Shown one piece after another: positions 8,793 to 18,766 of a DNA stretch of 64,000 nucleotides. The translations under genes and the position numbers were made by a program. The stretch comes from Bradymonadia bacterium (GTDB taxonomy: Bacteria; Myxococcota_A; Bradymonadia; UBA7976; UBA1532). The notes beneath the pieces were generated by a model. The model saw only the letters and a list, made by a program, of their open reading frames with translations, made no database searches and was not told the DNA's origin. The DNA lies in NCBI GenBank assembly GCA_046290225.1, contig JBKAGE010000075.1, positions 160,001 through 224,000 of the forward strand. Direction: 5' to 3'. Each line of letters starts with the position of its first letter. The stretch's first letter is position 1.

Positions 8793-10327
8793 TGGCCACA
8801 CCGATCTCCCTCAAAACGTTGGCAGCTCTGATCCCCGACGCCGTGATCACTGGTCCGCCAGCCATGATCACCGGTGTGACCCACGACAGCCGCAGGGTGC
8901 GCCCTGGAGATCTGTTCGTGGCGCTTCCTGGGGAGAAAGCCCACGGCATCACCTTCGCCGCTCAGGCTTTGCAACAGGGCGCTGCCGCTGTGGCCGTCGG
9001 CCCCGAGATTACGCTGCCGTCGCTCACTGTGCCGGTGATCACCCTCTCGGCGCCGCGCCGGCAGATGGGGCTGCTCGCGGCGGCAGTCCTCGGGCATCCG
9101 AGCCGGCAGATGCACATGGTGGGCATCACGGGAACCAACGGCAAGACTACGGTGACCCGCATCATGGGCGCCATGTGCGAGGTTGCAGGCATCACCGCGG
9201 GCCTCGTGGGCACCGTGGGCCATACCTTGATCACGCCCAACGGTCCCACCGCCCTCACGGCGAACGATCACACCACCCCCGAGTCGCCAGATCTCCAGCA
9301 GATGCTGGCGGAGATGGTCGATGGTGGTGCGGCGCTGTGTGCCATGGAGGTCAGCTCTGTGGGCCTCACGGAGCATCGCCTCGAGGCGGTGGACTTCAAT
9401 GTGGCGGCCTTCTTGAACCTGACCCCAGATCATCTGGACTACCACGGCACCATGGCGGCCTACGGCGACGCCAAGGCGCAGCTGTTCCGGGATCACATGC
9501 GCGTCGGGGGTGTGGCCATCATCAACATGGCTGATCCCTTCGGGAGTCACCTCGCCAGTCAGGTCGAGCGGCAGCACGTGACCTGGCGGTATGGCGAGGG
9601 TCGCCGTGCAGATGTGCGCTACGAGGCCCTCGATCTGCACGCTGACGGCATCTCGGGCAACCTTGAGACCCCCGCAGGCCCACTCCTGGTGGAATCCCCC
9701 CTCATGGGGCAGTTCAACGCCCACAACCTGGCCATCGCTGCCGCCTCGGGCCTGGCCATCGGGCTGCCCGTCGAGGCCATCGAGCAGGGCATGTCTCAGG
9801 CGGTGGTCCCCGGTCGTATGGAGCGGGTACCTCACGATCTGGGCTTCACCGTGCTCGTGGATTACGCCCACAGCCCGGATGCCCTGAGTCGGGTCATCGA
9901 ATCGGTGCGCTCCATCACCGAAGGCTACCTGTGGTGCATCTTCGGCTGTGGTGGGGATCGGGATCCCGGCAAGCGCCCGCTCATGGGTCGCGCCGCCGCC
10001 GACGCCGACGGCGTCGTCGTCACCAGCGACAACCCCCGCAGCGAAGATCCCCGGATCATCGCTGAGGCCGCCGCCATGGGGGCCGAGGATGCAGGGCGTT
10101 CGAGGGCTCCAAGGCCCCAGCCTGGTAAGACCTGGGTACAGCTTGATCGTCGTCAGGCCATCGCCGGTGTGCTTGCTGTGGCCCAGCCCGGAGACACGGT
10201 GATCATCGCGGGGAAGGGCCACGAGGCCTATCAGGAGATCTCCGGGGTGCGTCACCCCTTCGATGATGTGCAGGTGGCTGCCGAGATTCTGGCGAGCCTG
10301 ACCCCCGATGACGGAGGGGGATCATGA
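8792..10327 (+). CDS. murE: UDP-MurNAc-tripeptide synthetase MurE
   Basis: GITGTNGKTT, TTPES, MEVSS, DHLDYHG, DYAHSPD, DNPR (meso-DAP type), AGKGHE; ATG overlaps ftsI stop. Confidence 0.96.
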   Translation: MATPISLKTLAALIPDAVITGPPAMITGVTHDSRRVRPGDLFVALPGEKAHGITFAAQALQQGAAAVAVGPEITLPSLTVPVITLSAPRRQMGLLAAAVLGHPSRQMHMVGITGTNGKTTVTRIMGAMCEVAGITAGLVGTVGHTLITPNGPTALTANDHTTPESPDLQQMLAEMVDGGAALCAMEVSSVGLTEHRLEAVDFNVAAFLNLTPDHLDYHGTMAAYGDAKAQLFRDHMRVGGVAIINMADPFGSHLASQVERQHVTWRYGEGRRADVRYEALDLHADGISGNLETPAGPLLVESPLMGQFNAHNLAIAAASGLAIGLPVEAIEQGMSQAVVPGRMERVPHDLGFTVLVDYAHSPDALSRVIESVRSITEGYLWCIFGCGGDRDPGKRPLMGRAAADADGVVVTSDNPRSEDPRIIAEAAAMGAEDAGRSRAPRPQPGKTWVQLDRRQAIAGVLAVAQPGDTVIIAGKGHEAYQEISGVRHPFDDVQVAAEILASLTPDDGGGS

Positions 10328-11787
10328 GCCTGATCTCCACCGCCGACGTGTGTCGGCTCACTGGGGGGCATCTGCTGCACGGCGAGCATCGCCCATTGGG
10401 CGTGGTCTCCATCGACAGCCGTACGTTGAAGCCCGGCGAGGCGTTCTTGTGTCTGCGAGGGCCTCACTTCGACGGTCACGACTATGCAGAGGCGGCCCAC
10501 GAAAAAGGCGCCGCGGTCATCATCGTCAACCGCAGCGGACTCGGTCGCGTGCCCCCGAGCGTGCGCCAGGGCCACGCGACGATCATCGCCGTGCCCCACA
10601 CTGAGCGGGCACTGAGCCTCATGGCCAGCGCCACCCGGGCGCGGTTCCAGGGCCTGGTGGTGGGCATCACCGGCTCGAGTGGCAAGACCACCACCAAGGA
10701 GATGGTGTCGGCGGTGCTTCGGTCCCGGGATCCCGAAGGGGTGCTGGCCACCTACGGCAACCACAACAACCACCTCGGCGTGCCGCTCACATTGTTGCGC
10801 ATCGAGGCGCACCACGAAGTGGCCGTGGTGGAGATGGGCACCAGCGCCCCTGGGGAGATCGGTAGGCTGGCCCAGCTGGCCCGCCCCGACATCTCGGTCA
10901 TCACCGCCGTGGGGGCGGCCCACCTCGAAGAGCTGGGCTCCATCGCCGGGGTGGCCCGGGAGAAGGGGGCCATCTTCGATCAGGTGCACCCCGAGGGTCT
11001 CGCGGTGCTGGCCTCTGCTGCGCCGTACCCATGGCTCACGACGCGGTACCTGCGGGCAGCCCTGGTCACCGCCGGGCGGCGTCCCGGGGATCACATCCAA
11101 GTGCTGGCCCCTCGATATGGGGTGGCTCGACACGACACCCCCGCAGGCGCTCGATGCGAAATCAGGGTGGACGGCGAAGGCCGCATGCCCCTGAAGCTTC
11201 AGTTGCCGGGCCTGTACAACCTCGATAATGCCGCCCTGGCCATCGCCGTGGGTCGACATCTCGGCGTCAGCGTGCCCCAGGCGGTTCGGGCTCTGGCCAC
11301 GGTGACGGCCCCCAAGCTGAGAGGGGAGATCCGCCCCCTCACCGGCGGAGGCCGAGTGCTGGTGGATTGCTACAACGCCAACCCACAGTCCATGGCTGCA
11401 GCCATCGCCGCCTTCGAGGCCATGACGCGGGGTGGCCCCCGCGTGCTGGTCCTCGGCGACATGCTCGAGCTGGGTCAGGGGGCGGAGCAGGCCCATCGGG
11501 AAGTGGGCGCAGCCGTGGCGGGTCTGCCAGGCGCACCCACGCTGCTCACCGTGGGGCCCCTCGGGGCTGAGATCGCCGCCGGCGCACGCACGGCGGGGAT
11601 GAATTCGGTCCTCTCTGTCGTTGAGGTGGCAGAGGCCGCCGACATCTTGCGGACCAGGGTCCGCCCAGGAGACTCAGTGTTGCTCAAGGGATCCCGCGGC
11701 GTGGCCCTGGAAAAGGTGCTCCCTGCCCTCGAAGAGATCGACTCTGACGCGCGCCCCAGGCACGCACGGGAGACTCAGCGCCCATGA
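10324..11787 (+). CDS. murF: MurF ligase
   Basis: GITGSSGKTTTKEM, NNHLGVPLTL, DCYNANPQSM, LGDMLELG, LKGSRG. Confidence 0.96.
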   Translation: MSLISTADVCRLTGGHLLHGEHRPLGVVSIDSRTLKPGEAFLCLRGPHFDGHDYAEAAHEKGAAVIIVNRSGLGRVPPSVRQGHATIIAVPHTERALSLMASATRARFQGLVVGITGSSGKTTTKEMVSAVLRSRDPEGVLATYGNHNNHLGVPLTLLRIEAHHEVAVVEMGTSAPGEIGRLAQLARPDISVITAVGAAHLEELGSIAGVAREKGAIFDQVHPEGLAVLASAAPYPWLTTRYLRAALVTAGRRPGDHIQVLAPRYGVARHDTPAGARCEIRVDGEGRMPLKLQLPGLYNLDNAALAIAVGRHLGVSVPQAVRALATVTAPKLRGEIRPLTGGGRVLVDCYNANPQSMAAAIAAFEAMTRGGPRVLVLGDMLELGQGAEQAHREVGAAVAGLPGAPTLLTVGPLGAEIAAGARTAGMNSVLSVVEVAEAADILRTRVRPGDSVLLKGSRGVALEKVLPALEEIDSDARPRHARETQRP

Positions 11788-12935
11788 TGCTCTGGTTGAT
11801 GCTGCAGCTGCAGGAGTATTTCTCCCCGCTGCGGGTCTTCAAATACGTCAGCTTCCGGGTGATCGCCGCCATGCTCACGGCGCTGGCGATCAGCTTCATC
11901 TTGCATCCGTGGTTCATCCGTAGGTTGCAGTCCCGGCAGATCGGCCAGGTGGTCCGCAAAGACGGCCCTGAGAGCCATTTCAGCAAGGCTGGTACGCCCA
12001 CCATGGGCGGCTCGCTGGTGTTGTTCTCCCTGGTGGTGCCCACCCTCATGTGGACCGATTTGTCCAACCTCTACGTGTGGGCCGCGCTCACTGTCACCGT
12101 GGCCTTCGGGGTGGTGGGCTTCGTCGACGACTACCTGAAGCTCAAGGAGAAGAACAGCAAGGGCCTTTCGGGACGTTTGAAGCTGCTGTTCCAGTTCACG
12201 GTCTCCGCTCTGGTGATGTGGGCGCTGTTCCGCGAAGAAGGGGGCTTCGATCGACATCTCTACATCCCCTTTGTGAGCCCCGAGCGGTTCTCGTGGGAGT
12301 TGCCCCTCTGGATGTTCATCCCCTTCGTGATGGTGGTGATCACCGGCACGTCGAATGCGGTGAACCTCACCGACGGGCTCGACGGCCTCGCCATCGGGCC
12401 GGTCATGGTGGCGGCCTTCACCTTCTTGATCCTGGCCTACGCCGCAGGGACCGAGCTGGTGGTGGAAGGCACGGTGCTCACTGGCGATGCTGCGGGTCAA
12501 ACCGGGCTGGTGAAGCTGAACATCGCAGAATATTTGCGCTTGCCGTCGGTGAAGGGGGCCAACGAGCTGGCGGTGTTTGCCGCCGCCATCATCGGGGCCG
12601 GGGTGGGCTTCTTGTGGTTCAACACCTTCCCCGCTCAGGTCTTCATGGGCGACGTGGGCAGCCTTGCTCTCGGTGGGGCCATTGGCATGCTCGCCGTGCT
12701 CACCAAGAACGAGCTGCTCTCGGTGATCATCTGCGGTCTCTTCGTCGTCGAGGCCCTCTCGGTCATCGCCCAGACCACCTCGTACAAGCTCACGGGGAAG
12801 CGGGTGTTCCGCATGGCACCCATCCACCACCATTTCGAGAAGCTCGGGTGGCAGGAGCCCAAAATCGTGGTCCGCTTCTGGATCGTCTCCATCATGCTGG
12901 CCCTCGTGGGGCTGGCGAGCCTGAAGGTGCGCTGA
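11784..12935 (+). CDS. mraY: Phospho-MurNAc-pentapeptide transferase MraY
   Basis: KAGTPTMGG, NAVNLTDGLDGL, FMGDVGSLALG, MAPIHHHFE. Confidence 0.97.
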   Translation: MMLWLMLQLQEYFSPLRVFKYVSFRVIAAMLTALAISFILHPWFIRRLQSRQIGQVVRKDGPESHFSKAGTPTMGGSLVLFSLVVPTLMWTDLSNLYVWAALTVTVAFGVVGFVDDYLKLKEKNSKGLSGRLKLLFQFTVSALVMWALFREEGGFDRHLYIPFVSPERFSWELPLWMFIPFVMVVITGTSNAVNLTDGLDGLAIGPVMVAAFTFLILAYAAGTELVVEGTVLTGDAAGQTGLVKLNIAEYLRLPSVKGANELAVFAAAIIGAGVGFLWFNTFPAQVFMGDVGSLALGGAIGMLAVLTKNELLSVIICGLFVVEALSVIAQTTSYKLTGKRVFRMAPIHHHFEKLGWQEPKIVVRFWIVSIMLALVGLASLKVR

Positions 12936-12936
12936 C

Positions 12937-14172
12937 GTGGCCGACACCGCCGATACGCTGGCCATGCCCAGCGTGCATGCCGATACGATGATCGCCGAGG
13001 GGGTTCCAGGCGACACCCTCTTTGGCGACGGCCTCACCCCGCAGGTGGCGCCGCCTCAGCATCGGTACGACCGTCTGTTGCTGGTGGGGGTTTTCGCCCT
13101 CATCGGCCTCGGTATGGTGATGGTGTACTCCGCCAGCTCGGTGACAGCCTTCATCAGCTCTGGCGACGGCGCGCGGTATCTCAACAAGCAGCTGATGTTC
13201 CTGGCCCCGGCCCTGTGCATGATGATGTTGGGGGCGTTGCTGCCCCACCATCACCTCAAGCGCCTCGCCCCGTGGATGCTCTGGGGTGGCATCGTCCTGC
13301 TGGCCCTCGTGCTCGTGCCCGGGGTGGGGGTGAGCGTCAAGGGGGCCCGCCGCTGGATCAACCTCGGCGTGGCCCGGTTCCAGCCTTCGGAGCTCATCAA
13401 GGTCGCCTTCGTGATCTATCTCGCGAGCTGGCTCTCGCGAAACCTCGACCGGCTGCACTCGTGGCGTCAGTCGTGGTTGCCCAACCTGGCCATCCTGGTG
13501 CTCATCGGCGGGCTGCTGGCCATGCAGCCCGACATCGGCTCTGGGGTGATCTGCGGCGGCATGCTGATGTTGATGTTGATCGTGGCCGGGGCACGCTGGC
13601 GCCATGTGCTGGCCATGGTGGGCCCCGCGGTGGCCTTCGCCGTCTGGGCGGTGCTCACCTTCCAGCACCTGCAGGATCGCCTGCAGGTGTTCCTCGATCC
13701 CGACAAGTACTACAAGACCACCGGGTACCAGATCAGCCAGGCCCTCACGGCCTTCGGCAGCGGCGGCTGGACCGGCGTGGGCCTCGGGGCGAGCAAGCAG
13801 AAGATGGCGTTCCTGCCCGACGCCCACACCGACTTCGTCTTCTCCATCCTCGGCGAGGAGCTGGGCTGGGTGGGGGCCTTCGGGGTGATCCTGCTCTTCG
13901 CCTTCGTGGTCTGGCGTGGGTGGGTCATCACCCAGCGGGCCACGACGGACTTCAGCCGCCTGCTGGCCTTTGGCCTCACGGCGATGTTGGGCTTTCAAGC
14001 AGCCACCAACATGGCCGTCGTCATGGCCCTCGTGCCCACGAAGGGCCTCACGTTGCCCTTCGTCAGCTACGGCGGCAGCTCGCTGTTGTTGACCTGTTGG
14101 ATGGCGGGGATGTTGCTCAACATCTCCCGGCGACAGCCGCCTCCAGGGGTGGCCGTGGGGCAGGGGGGATGA
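12937..14172 (+). CDS. ftsW: SEDS peptidoglycan polymerase FtsW
   Basis: MVYSAS, GARRWI, QPSELIK, LPDAHTDF, KGLTLPFVSYGGSS. Confidence 0.96.
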   Translation: MADTADTLAMPSVHADTMIAEGVPGDTLFGDGLTPQVAPPQHRYDRLLLVGVFALIGLGMVMVYSASSVTAFISSGDGARYLNKQLMFLAPALCMMMLGALLPHHHLKRLAPWMLWGGIVLLALVLVPGVGVSVKGARRWINLGVARFQPSELIKVAFVIYLASWLSRNLDRLHSWRQSWLPNLAILVLIGGLLAMQPDIGSGVICGGMLMLMLIVAGARWRHVLAMVGPAVAFAVWAVLTFQHLQDRLQVFLDPDKYYKTTGYQISQALTAFGSGGWTGVGLGASKQKMAFLPDAHTDFVFSILGEELGWVGAFGVILLFAFVVWRGWVITQRATTDFSRLLAFGLTAMLGFQAATNMAVVMALVPTKGLTLPFVSYGGSSLLLTCWMAGMLLNISRRQPPPGVAVGQGG

Positions 14173-15299
14173 ACGTCATGACCCGCACCCGTACCTTGAC
14201 GCTCGTGGGCGGCGGCACAGGGGGCCACGTGTACCCCGCGGTGGCCATCGCCGAGGCGTGGCTCGCCCGTGGCCCTGGCCACCGTGTCTCCTTCATCGGC
14301 AGCCCTGAAGGCCTCGAAGCGCGGGTGATCCCCGAGCTGGGCTACCCCTTCACCGCCGCGAAGGCGCGTCGGTTGAAGAACGCTGGCCTTGTGGAGCGGT
14401 CGCGCAGTCTGTTGACGATGCCTGGCGCCATCGCCCGTGGCCGACGACTGATCAAGAGCCACGCCCCCGACGTGGTCCTCGGTGTTGGGGGCTACGTCTC
14501 CGGCCCTGTGGTCCTCGCCGCTTCGCTCACGGGCTTGCCCGTGGCCGTGGCTGAGCAGAACGCGGTGCCGGGCCTCACCAACCGCATGCTCAGTCGATTC
14601 GCGAAGCGCATCTACACCGCCTTCCCCGAGGCCGAGTCCCGGCTACCAGCGGACAAGGTGCGGTGTCTGGGTAACCCGGTCCGCCGGGCCATCCTCGACG
14701 CCAGCGAGAGAACGCCGGAGCCGGAAGGTCGCCGGGTTCTGGTCATCGGAGGCAGCCAGGGGGCCCGTGCCCTCAACCGGGATCTGCCCCACGCCCTCGC
14801 CCGAGCCGGCGCTGAATTCCCCGATCTGCAGGTGACGCACCTTGCGGGTCCGGACAGGCGCGCTGAAGCCGCTGAGCAATATGCCGCCGCAGGGTTCGAG
14901 CGGGTGACGGTGCTCGAGTACCTCGACGATATGGCCTCGGCCTTTGCCCAGGCCGATCTGGTCGTGGCCCGAGCAGGCGCCACCACAGTGGCAGAGCTCG
15001 CCGTCATGGGCCGCCCCTCGTTGTTGGTGCCGTTCCCCCATGCCGCCGACGATCATCAGACCGCCAACGCCCAGTCTCTGGTGAGCGCGGGCGGCGCGGT
15101 GATGGTGCCCGAGCACACCTTCGAATCCGGCGCGCTGCTCGAACATCTGATGACCCTCCTGAGCGATCTCGAAGGGCTGCGGCGCATGGCCCGGAGCGCT
15201 CGAGCCCACGGGCGCCCGAAGGCCGCCGTGGACATCGCTGCCGATCTCGACGCCCTGGCCGCGCTGGCCACGGGCCAGCCTGCAAGGAGTGCCTCATGA
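14169..15299 (+). CDS. murG: MurG glycosyltransferase
   Basis: GGGTGGHVYP, GGYVS, EQNAVPG, GGSQGA, RAGATTVAE, DDHQTANA; ATG at 14169 overlaps ftsW stop. Confidence 0.96.
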   Translation: MNVMTRTRTLTLVGGGTGGHVYPAVAIAEAWLARGPGHRVSFIGSPEGLEARVIPELGYPFTAAKARRLKNAGLVERSRSLLTMPGAIARGRRLIKSHAPDVVLGVGGYVSGPVVLAASLTGLPVAVAEQNAVPGLTNRMLSRFAKRIYTAFPEAESRLPADKVRCLGNPVRRAILDASERTPEPEGRRVLVIGGSQGARALNRDLPHALARAGAEFPDLQVTHLAGPDRRAEAAEQYAAAGFERVTVLEYLDDMASAFAQADLVVARAGATTVAELAVMGRPSLLVPFPHAADDHQTANAQSLVSAGGAVMVPEHTFESGALLEHLMTLLSDLEGLRRMARSARAHGRPKAAVDIAADLDALAALATGQPARSAS

Positions 15300-16267
15300 A
15301 CGCACCTGTAGTGGAAGGCCGATTCCGCGGTGAGCGGGTGGCCCTGGTCTGGGGTGGCCTCTCCAATGAGCGGCAGGTGAGCGACTGGACCGCCCAGGCC
15401 GTGGAGAAGGCCCTGGTGGAGCGGGGCTACGAGGTGGTGAAGATCGACGCCGGCCGCGATCTGGCCCAGCGGCTCGCCGAAGTGCAGCCCGCGGTGGTGT
15501 TTCTGGCATTGCACGGCACCTATGGCGAAGACGGCCGTATCCAAGGCCTGCTGGACTGGATGGGGCTGCCCTATACCGGCGACGGGCTGTTGGCGAGCGC
15601 CCTGGCCATGGACAAAGGCATCGCCAAGCGACTGATGCGCGACGCTGGTGTGTCGGTGCTCCCCGACGTGGTGTGGCGCAAAGATCGCCCGCAGAGTGAT
15701 CGCCCCACGGTGGGCGCTCTGCCCTTTGATCTGCCTGTGGTGGTGAAGCCCATCGCCGACGGATCCAGCGTCGGGGTGTCCTTTGCCCAGACCGAGGCAG
15801 AGTTCGAGAAAGCGCTCGACGACTGTGAGGCGCATCCCGCAGTGCTGGTCGAGCCTCTCGTCCAGGGCACAGAGCTCTCGGTGGCGTGCCTCGGCAACAG
15901 GGCCCTCGGCGTGGTGGAGATCGCCCCCGAGCGCGTTTTCTACGACTACACCGCCAAATACCTCGGCGGGGGCACGGCCTATCACCTGCCACCGCGGGTG
16001 AGCGAAGAGGCGGCTCAGCAGGCCACGGCGCTGGGCTTCGAAGCGCACAGCGCCCTCGGTTGCTCCGGCTTGACCCGGACCGACATCATCCTCACCGCCG
16101 AGGGCATGGTGGTCCTCGAGGTGAACACGCTGCCGGGCATGACGCCGTCGAGCCTGGTGCCTAAGATCGCCAACGCCATCGGCCTCAGCTTCCCCGATCT
16201 CATCGAGGTGCTGCTCGACCGGGCTCAATATGCTCGGGAGCTGCAGGCGCCAGGAGGTGCATCGTGA
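15296..16267 (+). CDS. ddl: D-Ala-D-Ala ligase
   Basis: LHGTYGEDG, ALAMDK, GSSVGV, FYDYTAKY, EVNTLPGMT. Confidence 0.96.
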   Translation: MNAPVVEGRFRGERVALVWGGLSNERQVSDWTAQAVEKALVERGYEVVKIDAGRDLAQRLAEVQPAVVFLALHGTYGEDGRIQGLLDWMGLPYTGDGLLASALAMDKGIAKRLMRDAGVSVLPDVVWRKDRPQSDRPTVGALPFDLPVVVKPIADGSSVGVSFAQTEAEFEKALDDCEAHPAVLVEPLVQGTELSVACLGNRALGVVEIAPERVFYDYTAKYLGGGTAYHLPPRVSEEAAQQATALGFEAHSALGCSGLTRTDIILTAEGMVVLEVNTLPGMTPSSLVPKIANAIGLSFPDLIEVLLDRAQYARELQAPGGAS

Positions 16268-17226
16268 AGAGACGCGCGCGATCCACCGCCCAGACGCGGA
16301 AGGCGGGCCAGAAGACGGCTCGCAAGACCCCGAAGAGCAAGGCCAACCGCCGACAGCCGACGGGTGAGTACGCCGCCGCGGCACCCACGGGGGTACACCG
16401 CGCCGTGGCCGACACCCTTATGACCACCATCGCCCCGGCCCTGGAGCCGGTGAAGGTCCTGGTCATCGAAGGTGTGGGCCCCATCAAGGCCATGGTGAAG
16501 CCTGCAGTGGCCCTGATCGTCCTCGCGCTGCTCGGTTGGGTGGGTTGGAGCTATGCCAAGACCTCGGCATACTTCAACCTGAGGCAGATCCAGGCAGAGG
16601 CCACACCTCACCTGTCAGTGGAGATGGCGCTGCAGCTGACCGGCCTCGAGCAGCCTGTGAACGCCTTCGTCTTCGATCCCGAAGAGGCCCGACAGCAACT
16701 GCTGGGGGATCCGTGGGTGGCTGAAGCCGAGGTCGAGGTCAAGCTGCCCAACACCGTGACCCTGCTGTGGGCAGAGCGGAAGCCCGTGGCGGTCATCTTC
16801 CAGGGCGGCGCGCTTCACCTGGTCGATCACCTGGGCACCCCCTTCGTACAGGCCACCGCCGAAGAGGCTGGGGACCTGCCCCTCATCAGCGGCATGACGG
16901 CAGATACCTACGAGACCTCCCCCGAGGAAGCCCGAGGGCGGATCCGCGCAGCGCTGCGCTTGTATCAGCGCTACATGGAGACCCCCCTCGCGGCATCGCA
17001 CCCGCTGAGCAACGTGCACATCGGCATCGGGGATGATCTCGAGCTGATGCTCGGCCGCACCCGGGTGGCCCTGGGGAGCGGATCCTACGGAGAGAAGCTG
17101 TATCGACTGCAGGCGGTGTACGACACCCTCGACGAGCGCGGTATGGGCGCAGCGTACATTTTGATGGAGACCGACGGTGGCCGGGCCATCGTCAAGGAGA
17201 TCCCCCTCACTGGGGATGGGGCCTGA
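16264..17226 (+). CDS. ftsQ: Cell division protein FtsQ/DivIB
   Basis: Basic cytoplasmic tail, TM helix, POTRA-like region (DPWVAEAEVEVKLPNTV...ERKPVA); between ddl and ftsA. Confidence 0.85.
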   Translation: MKRRARSTAQTRKAGQKTARKTPKSKANRRQPTGEYAAAAPTGVHRAVADTLMTTIAPALEPVKVLVIEGVGPIKAMVKPAVALIVLALLGWVGWSYAKTSAYFNLRQIQAEATPHLSVEMALQLTGLEQPVNAFVFDPEEARQQLLGDPWVAEAEVEVKLPNTVTLLWAERKPVAVIFQGGALHLVDHLGTPFVQATAEEAGDLPLISGMTADTYETSPEEARGRIRAALRLYQRYMETPLAASHPLSNVHIGIGDDLELMLGRTRVALGSGSYGEKLYRLQAVYDTLDERGMGAAYILMETDGGRAIVKEIPLTGDGA

Positions 17227-17240
17227 GGGCCCAGGGTAAG

Positions 17241-18488
17241 ATGAAGAACGACGCGATCATCGCGGGCCTCGACGTGGGCGCCCACAGCATCAAGTGTGTC
17301 GTCGCCGAGCTGAAGGCGGACGACACCGTGGAGATCCTGGGGACGGGGTGCCAGCCCTGCGCGGGCATCCGTGAGGGGCTGGTGCACGATCGGGATCTGC
17401 TCGCCCAGGCCATCCAGAAGACCGTCGACGAGGCGGGGCTCATGGCGGGCTGCGAGATTGGCAGCGTCTGGGTGGCGGTGAGCGGATCGCGGATGACCGG
17501 CCGCAAGAGCACGGGGCTGAGCCGCATCACCGGCGGGCGGGTGAACGCCCAGCATGTGGAACAGGCCCTCGATCTGGCTCAGGCGGTGAAGTTGCCCCCA
17601 GAGCACGCCATCATGCACGTCATTCCCCGGGGTTACTCCATTGACGAGGGCGGCTTCGTCGCCGCGCCCCACGGCATGCCCGGCGTGCGCCTCGAGGTCG
17701 ACGCCCATCTGATCGTGGGCCACACCGCCCTCACCGCCGAGATCGAGGCCAGTTGCGCCCAGGCCGGTATCGCCGTGGAGGATTTCGTCTATGCCCCCCT
17801 CGCAGCGGCAGAGTTCCTGCTCAAGCCCGAGGATCGCGAGCTGGGGGTGGTGCTCCTGGACATCGGCGGCAGCACCACCCACGTGGCGGTCTTCAAAGAG
17901 GGCGGCCTGCTCCATACATCCAACATCCCCGTGGGCGGAGAGCACGTCACCTCCGACGTCAGAGATTGTCTGCACACCCCCACCGTCGAGGCCGAGCGCC
18001 TGAAGCGGGACTGGGGCTGCGCCATGACCAGCCTCATCGAGCCCCAGGCAGAGATCGAGATCCCTGGCGCCGGCGGCAGACGCCCTCGGGTGGTGAAGCA
18101 GGCCATGCTCTGCGAGATCATCGAGGCCCGCGTGGCGGAGATCCTGGCCATCGTCGCCGATGATCTCGCCTCGGGCGGCTTCGTCGACGGGCTGCCCGGT
18201 GGGGTGGTCCTCACTGGTGGTGGGGCTGATATGAAAGGCGTGGTGGAGCTCACAGAAGACGTGCTGGGCATGCAGACCAGCGCCGGCGCCCCCCACGCGA
18301 TCACCGGCCTCGTGGATGTGGTGCGCAACCCGCGCTACGCCACTGGCAGCGGCCTGGTGAAGTGCGGCACGTTGACCACGCCCAAATGGGTGAACCCCCG
18401 ACGGCAGATCCAGACCCCTTCGTGGTGGCAGAAGACCCGCCAAAACTTACGGAAACTCTGGGGTGGGGGTTATAGTGAATCACGATAG
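17241..18488 (+). CDS. ftsA: Cell division protein FtsA
   Basis: GLDVG, GVRLEVDAH, DIGGSTT, GGEHVTSD, EAERLK, VLTGGGA; amphipathic C-terminal helix. Confidence 0.95.
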   Translation: MKNDAIIAGLDVGAHSIKCVVAELKADDTVEILGTGCQPCAGIREGLVHDRDLLAQAIQKTVDEAGLMAGCEIGSVWVAVSGSRMTGRKSTGLSRITGGRVNAQHVEQALDLAQAVKLPPEHAIMHVIPRGYSIDEGGFVAAPHGMPGVRLEVDAHLIVGHTALTAEIEASCAQAGIAVEDFVYAPLAAAEFLLKPEDRELGVVLLDIGGSTTHVAVFKEGGLLHTSNIPVGGEHVTSDVRDCLHTPTVEAERLKRDWGCAMTSLIEPQAEIEIPGAGGRRPRVVKQAMLCEIIEARVAEILAIVADDLASGGFVDGLPGGVVLTGGGADMKGVVELTEDVLGMQTSAGAPHAITGLVDVVRNPRYATGSGLVKCGTLTTPKWVNPRRQIQTPSWWQKTRQNLRKLWGGGYSESR

Positions 18489-18531
18489 GTCAACGATCCT
18501 TAACAGGATTCCAAAAGAGGTTGAAAACGCC

Positions 18532-18560
18532 TTGAAAAGCGGGGTCGAGCGAGCTAGCGT
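18532..18560 (+). promoter_or_regulatory. Putative sigma70 promoter of ftsZ
   Basis: TTGAAA-N17-TAGCGT in the 278-bp ftsA-ftsZ gap. Confidence 0.4.
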
Positions 18561-18766
18561 CCAGCGTCATGTCGAGGCGTTGGTGGCACGTTTCGGCTCC
18601 AATAAACTGAACCGGGAACAGTCCTTCGAGAGAACACATGCGCAACACTGTGGGGGCCCTTGCTCAAGGGCGTTCAGGTGACAGTGCATTGCGTACACGT
18701 GTGCTCGGGGGTTTGGATCCTCACGCCCACACGCACGGCCTGCGGGCAGATGGGAAGAGGCACTAG

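Noticed and set aside
18584..18598. sigma54 promoter before ftsZ (TGGCACG)
   Set aside because: GG-to-GC spacing is 9 rather than the required 10 nt
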